In this document: positions 9,592 through 18,965 of the stretch, piece after piece
Layout of the letters: every line of letters starts with the position of its first letter
Position numbering within the stretch: the stretch's first letter is position 1
Source: Armatimonadota bacterium
Lineage (GTDB): Bacteria > Armatimonadota > UBA5829 > DTLH01
Reading direction: 5' to 3'
Assembly: GCA_039679675.1 (NCBI GenBank)
Contig: JBDKUN010000062.1
Coordinates: 1 to 64,000 of the forward strand
DNA length: 64,000 nucleotides
The notes under the pieces: generated by a model
What the model saw: only the letters and a program-made list of their open reading frames with translations
Told to the model about the DNA's origin: nothing
Database searches by the model: none
Made by a program: the position numbers and the translations under genes

Positions 9592-10806
9592 TCAGTTGAC
9601 TTTCACTATGTGCCGCTTGCCGTCCTTTTTCTCGTTGTAGCCGATCTCTGTGTTCGACTGCCACCATATCCAGTAACACCCTTTCACCTCTACTTTCTTC
9701 TTGTGGCCATTTTCGACATCAACGATGTAAAGAGTCTTTGGTGGATTTGTCCATACCACTGCAAATCTCAAGTCAGGAGATTGTAGAAAGCTCTGCATCA
9801 TGAATGGAAGCGGTATCATCCGCGTCTTGATCTTACCACCGGCAGTCATTTTGGCAATCGTGAGCTTTTTATCATTAGAAAGGATGATTTCATTCGAAGG
9901 AGTCCAATAGGCAGTGCGGAAATTACTCCTTATTACAGCGGTCTTGCCGTCCGAAAGCCTTACCAGATGAGACTCGGAATGGCTGTTTGTTGCCTTACCT
10001 GAGATAAAAAACGTTTCGGTGACAAGTGCGTAGTTGGCATCCGGGCTGATTGAAGTTGAGGTTATGCCGTGATTACTGTGATTGCAATGAAATTTGGAGA
10101 AGCACACATCTGTTATGGTCACAATGGCAACTATACCGATAATTAATGCCCCGTAGCGATGAATCCTGTGATTCAGAGGCAGTGTAATGCCGAAGCGTGC
10201 AGTGAAGATAAATGCCGCAATGATTGCGGCGGACCACGCAAATACTAAGTGCCCCATATCATATTCGCTGCTGGCAGCCCAATACCAGAAAGCTGAACTA
10301 AGGCACCCCAGGAGTATTGTTGCACTAAGCACAGCAATACCACCCGCAGGTCCCGGTATTACTACGGATACCAACACGCCAATCAGGTAACATAGGCCGG
10401 TGAACAGCAAAGCCCAGCCGGTTCCTGTCAGCAAGCTGGACAGAGTGGTGAGATGAGCGTACTGATGCGGCCGTACAACTGCATAAATAGCGCATGACAG
10501 CAATGCGGAGACGATAACAACCAGCAGACCTGCAGCAATCTTCGTAATAACAATTTTCCACCAGGATATTGGCTTCGTGTAAAGAAAGTCCGCTGCGCCG
10601 CTCAGCTCTGCGGTGAAGGTAGTCATGCCGAAAATGAGCAAAGTAAATGCCGGCAGTATAGCCCATATAGAAAAGGCATCGAAACTCCCGACAAAAGTGT
10701 ATCCTGTGCCGAACAGCACAACCAGGATGCTCAATACCACAGAAAGAAGCGCCCAGAAACGCTTTTCCATCAGTTCTTTCTTGATCAAACGCAGCATGTT
10801 CGTCAC
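9592..10806 (-). CDS. ABC-2-type permease with C-terminal extracytoplasmic domain
   Basis: LIKKEL start, FLYTKPISW motif, multiple TM helices, beta-rich tail. Confidence 0.75.
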   Translation of the reverse strand: MTNMLRLIKKELMEKRFWALLSVVLSILVVLFGTGYTFVGSFDAFSIWAILPAFTLLIFGMTTFTAELSGAADFLYTKPISWWKIVITKIAAGLLVVIVSALLSCAIYAVVRPHQYAHLTTLSSLLTGTGWALLFTGLCYLIGVLVSVVIPGPAGGIAVLSATILLGCLSSAFWYWAASSEYDMGHLVFAWSAAIIAAFIFTARFGITLPLNHRIHRYGALIIGIVAIVTITDVCFSKFHCNHSNHGITSTSISPDANYALVTETFFISGKATNSHSESHLVRLSDGKTAVIRSNFRTAYWTPSNEIILSNDKKLTIAKMTAGGKIKTRMIPLPFMMQSFLQSPDLRFAVVWTNPPKTLYIVDVENGHKKKVEVKGCYWIWWQSNTEIGYNEKKDGKRHIVKVN

Positions 10807-12071
10807 TTCGCATCCTCTCCGATCTCACGCACAACTGCTTTCCACGTTTGAAGATCTACTTCTACGATCACTTTCTCATAGCTGGATAGCACTGCTTTTT
10901 TACTAGTCCAGACAACGCTATACGTGGAAAGGAACATGTTTGCAATAAGTATCTTGCTTCGGTTATTCACAAGATCAACCAGCCATAGATCAATTCCGCC
11001 ACCTGCTTGTGACTTTGTAATCAAGAGCGCGTGCCTTGCATCCGAGCTTACGAATCCTCTGGACAGATAAATTGGTTGAAACATGATCAGTGGCGTCCTG
11101 GTGTTTGCAAGTGCGTTTTTACCTGTTGGGACCGATGCAAGCTGCCGCAGAGTGTTTCTGGCACTGTCCCAGACGATGATTTTAACTTCGTTGCTGTCCG
11201 GTTTCTGCTGTGCGAGATAGATCATTCTCCGATCGGTTACGCCAAGGAGGTAGGACCGATGCTCGAATGTCCGGCTAATAGTTTTGCCTTTCACGCGGTC
11301 GCTCATCTCGACTGTGTCACCAGTAACCGGATTTTCTCCAAGCGCAACAACGTATGAATCATCAGGGGAGACCAAGAAGTCACCTGAATCGGATGACTCT
11401 GTATTATTATTCGCAACAATAAAAGCCAGGATAAGCGAAGCAAGGACAATAAGCGCAACTCCTGTTGAGACTAATTGTTTCCGCTTAATTAACACCCGCT
11501 GCATAGTAAGGTGCAGATGATATGTCCCAACAAGTGAACCAGCAAGTAAAACGGTGTTGCATATCATCATAAACACAATATCATCTTTCGGAAGCACAGC
11601 CAGAAACAATAGCAGCCATACCAGGTCTACAAAAAGCGCAAACCATGTATTGACAATAAAGCCAAACAAATATGAGACAGCAAATATTGCGGAGTAGAAT
11701 AGCATCCAGGCCGTCAGGTAAACCGTAACGTCTTTATTCAGATAGTATCCAAGGAACCCACCCGCCCATGCTCCGATAAGCCCGGCAGCAATCATGAGTA
11801 TTACGTTCCCAATAATCCATTGAATGATAGGTTGAATTGGCAGATGTGTCTCGATGTGGCCTTGTTCTGATTTGATCGAACCTTTTCGCGCGGCAATCAG
11901 AGCTACCCAAAACAATAACAAATTGACAGGCTGGAAGGTGATAAATGCCTGTCCGCCCAATCGCCTGATAGTGTGGAGCACGATCGGTAGGGCTAATGCA
12001 TAAAGCCCAATGAGCCATCCGGTCCGCAGTTCTTTCCAGAGCATGCGTTTCCACATCGTGAGGTTGTTCAT
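10803..12071 (-). CDS. ABC-2-type permease with C-terminal extracytoplasmic domain
   Basis: LWKELR start, TM helices, beta-propeller-like tail; in the ABC operon. Confidence 0.7.
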   Translation of the reverse strand: MNNLTMWKRMLWKELRTGWLIGLYALALPIVLHTIRRLGGQAFITFQPVNLLLFWVALIAARKGSIKSEQGHIETHLPIQPIIQWIIGNVILMIAAGLIGAWAGGFLGYYLNKDVTVYLTAWMLFYSAIFAVSYLFGFIVNTWFALFVDLVWLLLFLAVLPKDDIVFMMICNTVLLAGSLVGTYHLHLTMQRVLIKRKQLVSTGVALIVLASLILAFIVANNNTESSDSGDFLVSPDDSYVVALGENPVTGDTVEMSDRVKGKTISRTFEHRSYLLGVTDRRMIYLAQQKPDSNEVKIIVWDSARNTLRQLASVPTGKNALANTRTPLIMFQPIYLSRGFVSSDARHALLITKSQAGGGIDLWLVDLVNNRSKILIANMFLSTYSVVWTSKKAVLSSYEKVIVEVDLQTWKAVVREIGEDAK

Positions 12072-12977
12072 CTACTCATCCTCCGACTTGCTTACCATTG
12101 CGACAAAAATATCTTCCAGATTGAGGTTCTGAACACTTATATCAGTCGGATTAAGCACCTTTGCAGCGGCAATAGTCTCATCTGAAAAGCCTTTGACGGT
12201 GATTGCTGACTGTCTGCCGCTTTTTTCTATATGGAGCACATCCGGTATGGAAGCAAACGATGTTGGAGGGGTATCGAAGCTCAGTATCAGTTGCTTAACG
12301 CTCGATTTCAGCTCCTCCATCGTCGAACACCAGACCAACCGGCCTTTGTCGATGATCCCTACCCAGTCAGCCACCCGTTCGACTTCGTGTACAATATGAG
12401 ATGAGAAGAATATAGTTCTGCCCTCCTCCTGAATGAGCTCTATTATTTCCTCGAGGAAGTTCCGGCGGACGACTACATCCAACCCGGCTGTCGGCTCATC
12501 CAGTATCAGGAGCTCCGGGCGGTATGCCATAGCTAGAAGGAGCGCGAGCTTGGCCTGCATGCCGCGGCTCATGTCCATGACCTTCTTCTGCCCCGAAAGC
12601 TCCAGCTTGTCCTTAAGCTCGGCGGCAAGTGAATCGTCCCAGTCTTCGTAAAACCCCTTACAGAACCAGATGATCTCATCGACTTTCATCCAGTCATACA
12701 TCTTCTGGCCTTCAGCCACGTAGCCGATCCGCCGTTTGATCTCCAGCGCATCCTTTACACAGTCCAGACCGAGGATTCTGGCCTCACCGGAAGTCCGGTT
12801 CAGTAAATCGAGGAGAATTCGGATAGTGGTCGTCTTTCCAGCGCCGTTTCTTCCCAGGAACGCAAACACGCTTCCTTCAGGCACGCTCATCGTCAGATTA
12901 TCGACTGCTACATGCTGCCGCCCGAAGCGTTTTGTCAGCCTAACTGTCTCTATTGCCATCCGTCCATTATCGGCCAT
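12072..12977 (-). CDS. ABC transporter ATP-binding protein (YtrB-like)
   Basis: GRNGAGKTT, MSRGM, LILDEPT, SSH. Confidence 0.93.
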   Translation of the reverse strand: MADNGRMAIETVRLTKRFGRQHVAVDNLTMSVPEGSVFAFLGRNGAGKTTTIRILLDLLNRTSGEARILGLDCVKDALEIKRRIGYVAEGQKMYDWMKVDEIIWFCKGFYEDWDDSLAAELKDKLELSGQKKVMDMSRGMQAKLALLLAMAYRPELLILDEPTAGLDVVVRRNFLEEIIELIQEEGRTIFFSSHIVHEVERVADWVGIIDKGRLVWCSTMEELKSSVKQLILSFDTPPTSFASIPDVLHIEKSGRQSAITVKGFSDETIAAAKVLNPTDISVQNLNLEDIFVAMVSKSEDE

Positions 12978-13395
12978 CTTTACCGTCTCTCCTTTCAAAA
13001 CCGTCCCGGCTAAATTCATCTTTCAGCACCTTCGCACGGTCATCGAGCATCTCTTTCAGCTCTTCGCAGGATATTCCAAGGTGCTGCGCATCGGTCAGCA
13101 GGTTGTCTATCGACTGCTGAAGCACCTGTTTTCGGAACCCATCCGCGATAATCCGACTACTGGCTGCTATGAAGCTCCCAAGCCCATGCCTGGTCTCTAT
13201 CAACTCTTCTCTCTCAAGCTGCTTGTAGGCCTTGTCCACTGTCAGTGGGTTGACTCTGAGGCCGACGGCGGTTTCCCTGAGGCTCGGCAGCGGGTCTCCA
13301 GCCTTTAGCACACCTGACGCGATAGCCCGCTTGATCTGTTCAACGATCTGCGCATATATCGGAGTAGATCTTGTTGTATCGACTTTAAGTATCAT
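12967..13395 (-). CDS. GntR family regulator, YtrA subfamily
   Basis: PIYAQI, LPSLRE, VNPLTV, GLGSF; short C-terminus; precedes an ABC operon. Confidence 0.92.
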   Translation of the reverse strand: MILKVDTTRSTPIYAQIVEQIKRAIASGVLKAGDPLPSLRETAVGLRVNPLTVDKAYKQLEREELIETRHGLGSFIAASSRIIADGFRKQVLQQSIDNLLTDAQHLGISCEELKEMLDDRAKVLKDEFSRDGFERRDGKDGR

Positions 13396-13412
13396 GATGT
13401 TCCACAACTGTT

Positions 13413-13456
13413 ATACTGTTGTACAACAGTATCATGCATATAAAGCAGCTTGTCAA
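13413..13456 (-). promoter_or_regulatory. promoter and operator palindrome of the ytrA-like operon
   Basis: TTGACA-17-GATACT; perfect 20-bp palindrome ATACTGTTGTACAACAGTAT (13413-13432) overlaps the -10. Confidence 0.7.
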
Positions 13457-13506
13457 GAGGTAAATTGTAGATTTTTTACAAATTCTGGTGTCGGATAGTG
13501 GGAAAG

Positions 13507-13582
13507 GTAGGATGGTGGAAGAATGCTGTGTCTTCCACCATCCGCAAAATCCGTTGAATCTGTGTAATCCGCGATTCAGAAG
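13507..13582. repeat. REP-like hairpin plus TTCTGAATCGCG-family repeat after tpiA
   Basis: GTAG then GGATGGTGGAAGA/TCTTCCACCATCC (13-bp arms), followed by AATCCG-type units ending in CGCGATTCAGAA. Confidence 0.65.
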
Positions 13583-13585
13583 GTT

Positions 13586-14386
13586 TTACAGCGCGGCTTT
13601 GATGATCGCGGTGAAGTCGTCGGATTTCAGGGCTGCTCCGCCGACCAGTGCGCCGTCGATGTCTGACTTGTGCAAGAGTTCTGCCGCATTGCCCGGCTTA
13701 ACGCTGCCGCCGTACTGGATCCTGACTGACTCAGCAGCATCGGCTCCGTACATCTCTTTTACGACGCCTCTGATCATTCCGCAGACCCTGTTGGCCTCAT
13801 CTGAACCGCAGACTTCACCTGTGCCGATTGCCCAGACGGGTTCGTAAGCGATGACGATGGTCTTTACCTGCTCAGTAGTGAGCCCTGCAATGTCGGCTTT
13901 GATCTGCGCGGCGATGACTTCATCCGTCTTACCGGCTTTCCGCTCGTCCAGCATCTCACCGCAGCAGACTATCGGAGTGATACCTGCCGCAAAGGCAGCT
14001 TTCGCCTTTTTGTTGATCGTTGCGTCGGTCTCAGAGAAGTAACCGAGCACTTTATTGAGCTCCTCATCGACTGTTCCGAACCGGCCGCGGGTCTCCGAGT
14101 GGCCGATAATGGCATATTTGCAGCCCACGTCCGTGAGCATTCCCGGCGCGATCTCGCTCGTCCATGCGCCTTTTGTCTCCCAGAATATATTCTGAGCGCC
14201 AAGCTCTATGTTGGTGTCGGCAATCGCCTGTCTTACCGGCCAGAGGGCGGTAAACGGCGGGCAAACGACGATTTCGACGCCTTTGACGTCCTCATTGGCG
14301 CTCGCAAGCGCGTTTACCAGCTCGACCCCCTCAAGGACGGTCTTGTGCATCTTCCAGTTTCCTGCAATTATTGGTGTTCTAGCCAT
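13586..14386 (-). CDS. tpiA: triosephosphate isomerase
   Basis: AGNWKM, GHSE, AYEPVWAIGTG, DGALVGGA. Confidence 0.97.
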   Translation of the reverse strand: MARTPIIAGNWKMHKTVLEGVELVNALASANEDVKGVEIVVCPPFTALWPVRQAIADTNIELGAQNIFWETKGAWTSEIAPGMLTDVGCKYAIIGHSETRGRFGTVDEELNKVLGYFSETDATINKKAKAAFAAGITPIVCCGEMLDERKAGKTDEVIAAQIKADIAGLTTEQVKTIVIAYEPVWAIGTGEVCGSDEANRVCGMIRGVVKEMYGADAAESVRIQYGGSVKPGNAAELLHKSDIDGALVGGAALKSDDFTAIIKAAL

Positions 14387-14944
14387 TCATTTCTCCTCAA
14401 TAAGTGAGTTAAGTAAATCTTCTATGCCAAGCGCAGCACTCCATCGCCGCATATAATCGTAATCCAGGAGATCGCGCTGAACGGCAAATATTGCCCGCAC
14501 ATCCGCCAGCTGCCGGTCAGACGGAGTTATCTTATACCACAGCAGTTTGGATAAGATCGTATCCTCCGGTGAGGCTACATAACTTTCAGTCCCCCATGCC
14601 TTTGTCGGGATACGACGCTCGAATTGAGTCCGGGCAAACTCATCATCCCGAAGTATCCAGAAATCAACCTTCAAGCCGCTTTCAAGGTGAAGTACGTTGA
14701 ACATATCTGAGTGGGCAACTGCCGACTTTGCTGCTTCTTCGTCAATGTAAAACCCGTCACCAAGTGTTTTTGCAAGGTCAGATACGGCATCCGATGTCAG
14801 TGCAATAACTATATCCAGATCATGTGTGGCGCGAGATATCCCATAAACAGACGCGGCAAAAGACCCCACGACCATATATGGAATCCCAGCTTTATCCAGC
14901 GAGGTAAGAACTTTTTGAACCACTTCTGAATAAGTTTCCAACAC
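14387..14944 (-). CDS. Pol-beta-superfamily nucleotidyltransferase (AbiEii/DUF6036-like)
   Basis: VVGSFAA...RATHDLD, SPEDTILSKL. Confidence 0.8.
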   Translation of the reverse strand: MLETYSEVVQKVLTSLDKAGIPYMVVGSFAASVYGISRATHDLDIVIALTSDAVSDLAKTLGDGFYIDEEAAKSAVAHSDMFNVLHLESGLKVDFWILRDDEFARTQFERRIPTKAWGTESYVASPEDTILSKLLWYKITPSDRQLADVRAIFAVQRDLLDYDYMRRWSAALGIEDLLNSLIEEK

Positions 14945-14952
14945 AGTTTCCC

Positions 14953-15195
14953 TTACCAGCCGTATGCTTTTTTAACTAAATCAGCCGGCAGTGTGCGTCG
15001 GATGATCTCTTTACGCAATTCTTCATCCGTTATATCAGGTTTTTTTGCGCGTATACCCGCAGCCATAAGGTCTCTAACAGCCTGGCTTAGCTCAGCAGTA
15101 ATTTCGAGCCTTCTGCCGATGGGAATTCTTCTAAGTACCTCGATATACTTTTGCTTGGCTTTTTGGGGCATTCTGTCCCATTCCGGCTCTTGCAT
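14953..15195 (-). CDS. small hypothetical protein, partner of the nucleotidyltransferase
   Basis: 80 aa, helical and basic, ends 8 nt before the NTase start. Confidence 0.7.
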   Translation of the reverse strand: MQEPEWDRMPQKAKQKYIEVLRRIPIGRRLEITAELSQAVRDLMAAGIRAKKPDITDEELRKEIIRRTLPADLVKKAYGW

Positions 15196-15219
15196 AGGGT
15201 TCCTCAGCTATTTATTATA

Positions 15220-15243
15220 AGGCCGGGATAGACATCCCGGCCT
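15220..15243. repeat. REP-like perfect hairpin
   Basis: AGGCCGGGAT-AGAC-ATCCCGGCCT, no U-tract. Confidence 0.55.
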
Positions 15244-15271
15244 ATATCACTGACGACTGATAGCTTCCCAG

Positions 15272-16456
15272 TTACTTATCCTGAAGCGCTGCGACGCCGG
15301 GGAGAGTCTTGCCCTCAAGGAACTCAAGGGATGCTCCTCCACCGGTCGACACATGGCTCATCTTGTCGGCAAACCCCATCTGCTCGACGGCTGCTGCGGA
15401 GTCGCCTCCACCCACAATCGTCGTCGCGCTGGAGTCCGCCATCGCCTGGGCTATCGCCTTCGTGCCGACTGCAAACTTCGGCATCTCGAAGACTCCCGCA
15501 GGTCCGTTCCAAACGATAGTCTTAGCGCCTTTAATCACATTTGCGAATGCCTCTATCGTCTTCGGCCCTATGTCCATCCCCATCCAGTCGGCCGGAATTT
15601 GATCGACTGGGACCACCTTGCTTTCGGCATCTTCCTTGAACTCCGTCGCCACAACGACATCCTGAGGCAGATAGAGCTTTACGCCGAGTTCCTCAGCTTT
15701 TTTCATAGCGTTCTTTGCGAGTTCTATGCCTTCTTCATCGAGAAGCGATTTGCCGATCTCGTAGCCCATAGCCTTGAAAAATGTATATGCCATGCCGCCG
15801 GAGATGATCAGTTCATTCACCTTTGTGAGCAGGTTATCGATGACGGGGATCTTGTCGGCCACCTTCGCGCCGCCCAGAATAGCCAGAAATGGCCTTTCAG
15901 GTTCGGTGATTGCCTTGCCGAGATAATCGAGCTCTTTCTCCATCAGGAAGCCAGCGACCCCAGGCAGATACTTGGTAACTCCTTCGGTCGATGCGTGCGC
16001 CCTGTGGGCTGTTCCGAACGCATCGTTTACGTAGATTTCACCGAGTGACGCAAGCTGTTTGGCAAATTCCGGGTCGTTCTTTTCTTCCTGGGCGTAAAAG
16101 CGCACATTTTCGAGCAGTACGACTTTTCCGGCGGGCATACCCATCACTGCGCCCTGCACCATATCTCCGATGCAGTCGTCCATCTTTGTTACAGACATCT
16201 GGAGAAGGTCTTCCAGCCGTGTGGCAACCGGAGCAAGAGTATACTTGGGATTCGGGCTGCCCTTCGGCCTGCCCAGGTGCGACATAAGGATAACTTTTGC
16301 CCCTTTGTCGAGAAGATATTTGATAGTCGGCAATGCGGCTACGATTCGGCGGTCATCTGTGATGTTGCGGTTTTCGTCGAGGGGAACGTTGAAGTCCACA
16401 CGGACCAGCGTTCGCTTCCCGGCTACGTCGATATCCTTAATGGTCTTCTTGTTCAT
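15272..16456 (-). CDS. pgk: phosphoglycerate kinase
   Basis: [32 protein letters not shown]. Confidence 0.97.
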   Translation of the reverse strand: MNKKTIKDIDVAGKRTLVRVDFNVPLDENRNITDDRRIVAALPTIKYLLDKGAKVILMSHLGRPKGSPNPKYTLAPVATRLEDLLQMSVTKMDDCIGDMVQGAVMGMPAGKVVLLENVRFYAQEEKNDPEFAKQLASLGEIYVNDAFGTAHRAHASTEGVTKYLPGVAGFLMEKELDYLGKAITEPERPFLAILGGAKVADKIPVIDNLLTKVNELIISGGMAYTFFKAMGYEIGKSLLDEEGIELAKNAMKKAEELGVKLYLPQDVVVATEFKEDAESKVVPVDQIPADWMGMDIGPKTIEAFANVIKGAKTIVWNGPAGVFEMPKFAVGTKAIAQAMADSSATTIVGGGDSAAAVEQMGFADKMSHVSTGGGASLEFLEGKTLPGVAALQDK

Positions 16457-16608
16457 TTGATACCTCTTCATTTAGCCATAAGTGGTAAGAAGCGAGCCTT
16501 GAGCCGTTTAATGCAGACAAGTGGACCGGAATCATCAGGCTCCGGTCCACTATATCGATGTTCGTTGCTCAAAGCAGAGATTTTATCCGTTTTCTGAATA
16601 AATCTGAA

Positions 16609-17646
16609 CTAGAGTCCCTTTTTGACCATGTAGTCGATCAGGTCACCGACTCTTTCAGAGTATGCCCACTCATTGTCATACCAGGCAAGGACCTTGACCA
16701 TCTTGTCGCCTAGAATAAGGGTAGACTGAGCATCATAGACTGATGAGAAATGGGTTCCGATGAAGTCAGATGAGACTACCGGGTCGTGGGTCACTGCAAA
16801 GTAGCCCTTCATGCGGCCGTCGGCGGCTTTCTGCATGGCTGCGTTGATTTCCTCGACGGTAGCCGGCTTCTCAAGATTGGCTACGAGGTCTACGAGTGAG
16901 ACCGTAGGTGTCGGGACTCGGAGAGAAATGCCGTGCATTTTGCCCTTGAGCTCAGGGATAACCAGCGAGATCGCCTTTGCAGCGCCTGTGGTCGTCGGGA
17001 TGATGTTCACTGCGGCAGCACGTGCTCTCCTAAGGTCCTTGTGGGCCTGGTCGGCTACGCGCTGGTCGTTGGTGTAAGAGTGAACTGTTGTCATGAAGCC
17101 CTGGGCTATGCCGAAGGTGTCCTGAAGTACTTTTGCTACAGGAGCAAGGCAGTTCGTTGTGCAGGATGCGTTCGAAATGACATTGTGCTTCTTCGGATCG
17201 TAAAGGTCTTCGTTTACGCCCATAACGATGGTGATGTCCTCGTTCTTTGCAGGGGCGCTGATGATGACCTTCTTAACTGTTCCATGAAGATGGGCGCTCG
17301 CGCCGGGCTTACCTTTCTCAGGATCACCCTTGGCATCCGTGAATACGCCTGTGCTCTCGACGACTACTTCAACTCCAAGGTCCTGCCACGGAATGTTCGC
17401 AGGGTTCTTCTCAGAGAAAACTTTGATCTTTTTGCCGTCGACTACGATTGCGCCTTCCTCAGCCTTGACTTCACCCGGCCATGGACCGTAGTTGCTGTCA
17501 TATTTGAAAAGATGCGCGTTGGTGACGGTGTCAAACAAATCATTTATGGCGACGATTTCGATCTCGCCCTGATACTTCTGAAGAATCGAACGAGTCGTCA
17601 ATCTACCGATTCTGCCGAATCCGTTGATTCCAACTTTAATTGCCAC
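16609..17646 (-). CDS. gap: glyceraldehyde-3-phosphate dehydrogenase type I
   Basis: [25 protein letters not shown]. Confidence 0.97.
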   Translation of the reverse strand: MAIKVGINGFGRIGRLTTRSILQKYQGEIEIVAINDLFDTVTNAHLFKYDSNYGPWPGEVKAEEGAIVVDGKKIKVFSEKNPANIPWQDLGVEVVVESTGVFTDAKGDPEKGKPGASAHLHGTVKKVIISAPAKNEDITIVMGVNEDLYDPKKHNVISNASCTTNCLAPVAKVLQDTFGIAQGFMTTVHSYTNDQRVADQAHKDLRRARAAAVNIIPTTTGAAKAISLVIPELKGKMHGISLRVPTPTVSLVDLVANLEKPATVEEINAAMQKAADGRMKGYFAVTHDPVVSSDFIGTHFSSVYDAQSTLILGDKMVKVLAWYDNEWAYSERVGDLIDYMVKKGL

Positions 17647-17810
17647 GATGTGCCTCCTATTTCCTGGTTGATCCCGCTGCTCTATGGCTTAGGGACAAGT
17701 TAGCGGTCCGAATAGTAATTATCCTCGAACCTTTATACCCAATATTGCACGTGCAGCCCGGTCACTCCGCACCATTGCTGAAGCAGCCAGGCTGTATACA
17801 TAACCTATTA

Positions 17811-17840
17811 ATTTTAGCGGTCGAACACATAGAGTGTCAA
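17811..17840 (-). promoter_or_regulatory. gap operon promoter
   Basis: TTGACA-18 nt-TAAAAT. Confidence 0.6.
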
Positions 17841-18351
17841 GCGATCGCATTGCGTTGTTGTTCTGAGATTATGCCACCCCCGCTGGTGATGAGGGGAAGG
17901 CCAATGATCGTGCCATAAAAATGACTCTCTTGCCTCTACAAGACTGTCTTCTCTCGATTTATGCCCGAAACAGTCGAGCAGATGTGTATCGTACTGTTAT
18001 CGATCCTGCTGCCTGCTTTCGTGATAAAAATGCTGACGAATACCCCACTTTTCCTTAAATTCCTTCTTTTTGATTCCAAATAACTGCTTTCCTGCTAAAA
18101 AATTGTTTAAAATTATTGAGTACTTGGGAATCTTTTTCACCAAATTCGTCGTCAAATAGATGAGATAAATATAAGTGGCAGGATAGAGCCGCCGTAATCC
18201 GCAAAATTTTCTGTTAGGGGTATATTACCTTTGTGGTATAATCCTAGCGGATCGGCACAGTATGTTCTGTCAAGCACTGGTTAGCCTGCGTATGCGGCTG
18301 GGCCAGTGCTTAGTTTATTATTGCCACAGATAGACCGAGAGGTGACGTCCT

Positions 18352-18831
18352 ATGCAAACAGACAAAGAGATTGTCTTAACAGCGAGTGGGCTTAAAAAGA
18401 TAGAACAGGAGCTTGAACAGCTCATCACTGTACAACGGAAACGTGTTGCCGACCGAATACGTGATTCCAAGCAGTTCGGAGAGGTTACCGAAAACCCCGA
18501 ATACGAAGACGCCAAGACGGAACAGGCGTTTGTCGAAGGCAGAATTGATGAGCTGAAAAGGATCCTCACGCACGCCCATGTCATTGAAGATGACGAGGTG
18601 CTGACAGATTGTGTCTGCATCGGATCGATTGTCAAGGTACGCGATCTGGAAACATCCGACGAGTGGGAATACTATATTGTCGGATCGGTGGAAGCCAACC
18701 CAGCCGAAGATAAGATTTCTAATGAGTCTCCCGTAGGTGAGGCACTTATGGACCGTAGAATCGGTGATAAGGTCATGGTTGAGATTCCGGCAGGTATCGC
18801 TCGTTATGAGATCGTCGGTATTAGGAAGTAA
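18352..18831 (+). CDS. greA: transcription elongation factor GreA
   Basis: ENPEYEDAK, ISNESPVGEAL. Confidence 0.95.
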   Translation: MQTDKEIVLTASGLKKIEQELEQLITVQRKRVADRIRDSKQFGEVTENPEYEDAKTEQAFVEGRIDELKRILTHAHVIEDDEVLTDCVCIGSIVKVRDLETSDEWEYYIVGSVEANPAEDKISNESPVGEALMDRRIGDKVMVEIPAGIARYEIVGIRK

Positions 18832-18885
18832 CTTTTCATCTGTATAGTGTTCGTCACTACAGAGGAAAATCGTAACGATTACTAG

Positions 18886-18935
18886 AAGGTGGGAGTGTAA
18901 AGGTTCCGCAAGGGCTTTTGCACTCCCACTTTTTT
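18886..18935 (+). terminator. hairpin with U-tract between greA and lysS
   Basis: GTGGGAGTG...CACTCCCAC followed by TTTTTT. Confidence 0.65.
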
Positions 18936-18965
18936 GTGTGAGACATATAGAGGAGAAATTAAGTA

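Noticed and set aside
8626..9786. 386-aa antisense ORF over glyQS (and similar ORFs over gap, glmS, lysS)
   Set aside because: Shadow frames of GC-rich genes with no recognisable motifs.
18327..18339. 13-nt match to the RAYT left end before greA
   Set aside because: No second arm or linker, and it overlaps the SD region; likely chance.
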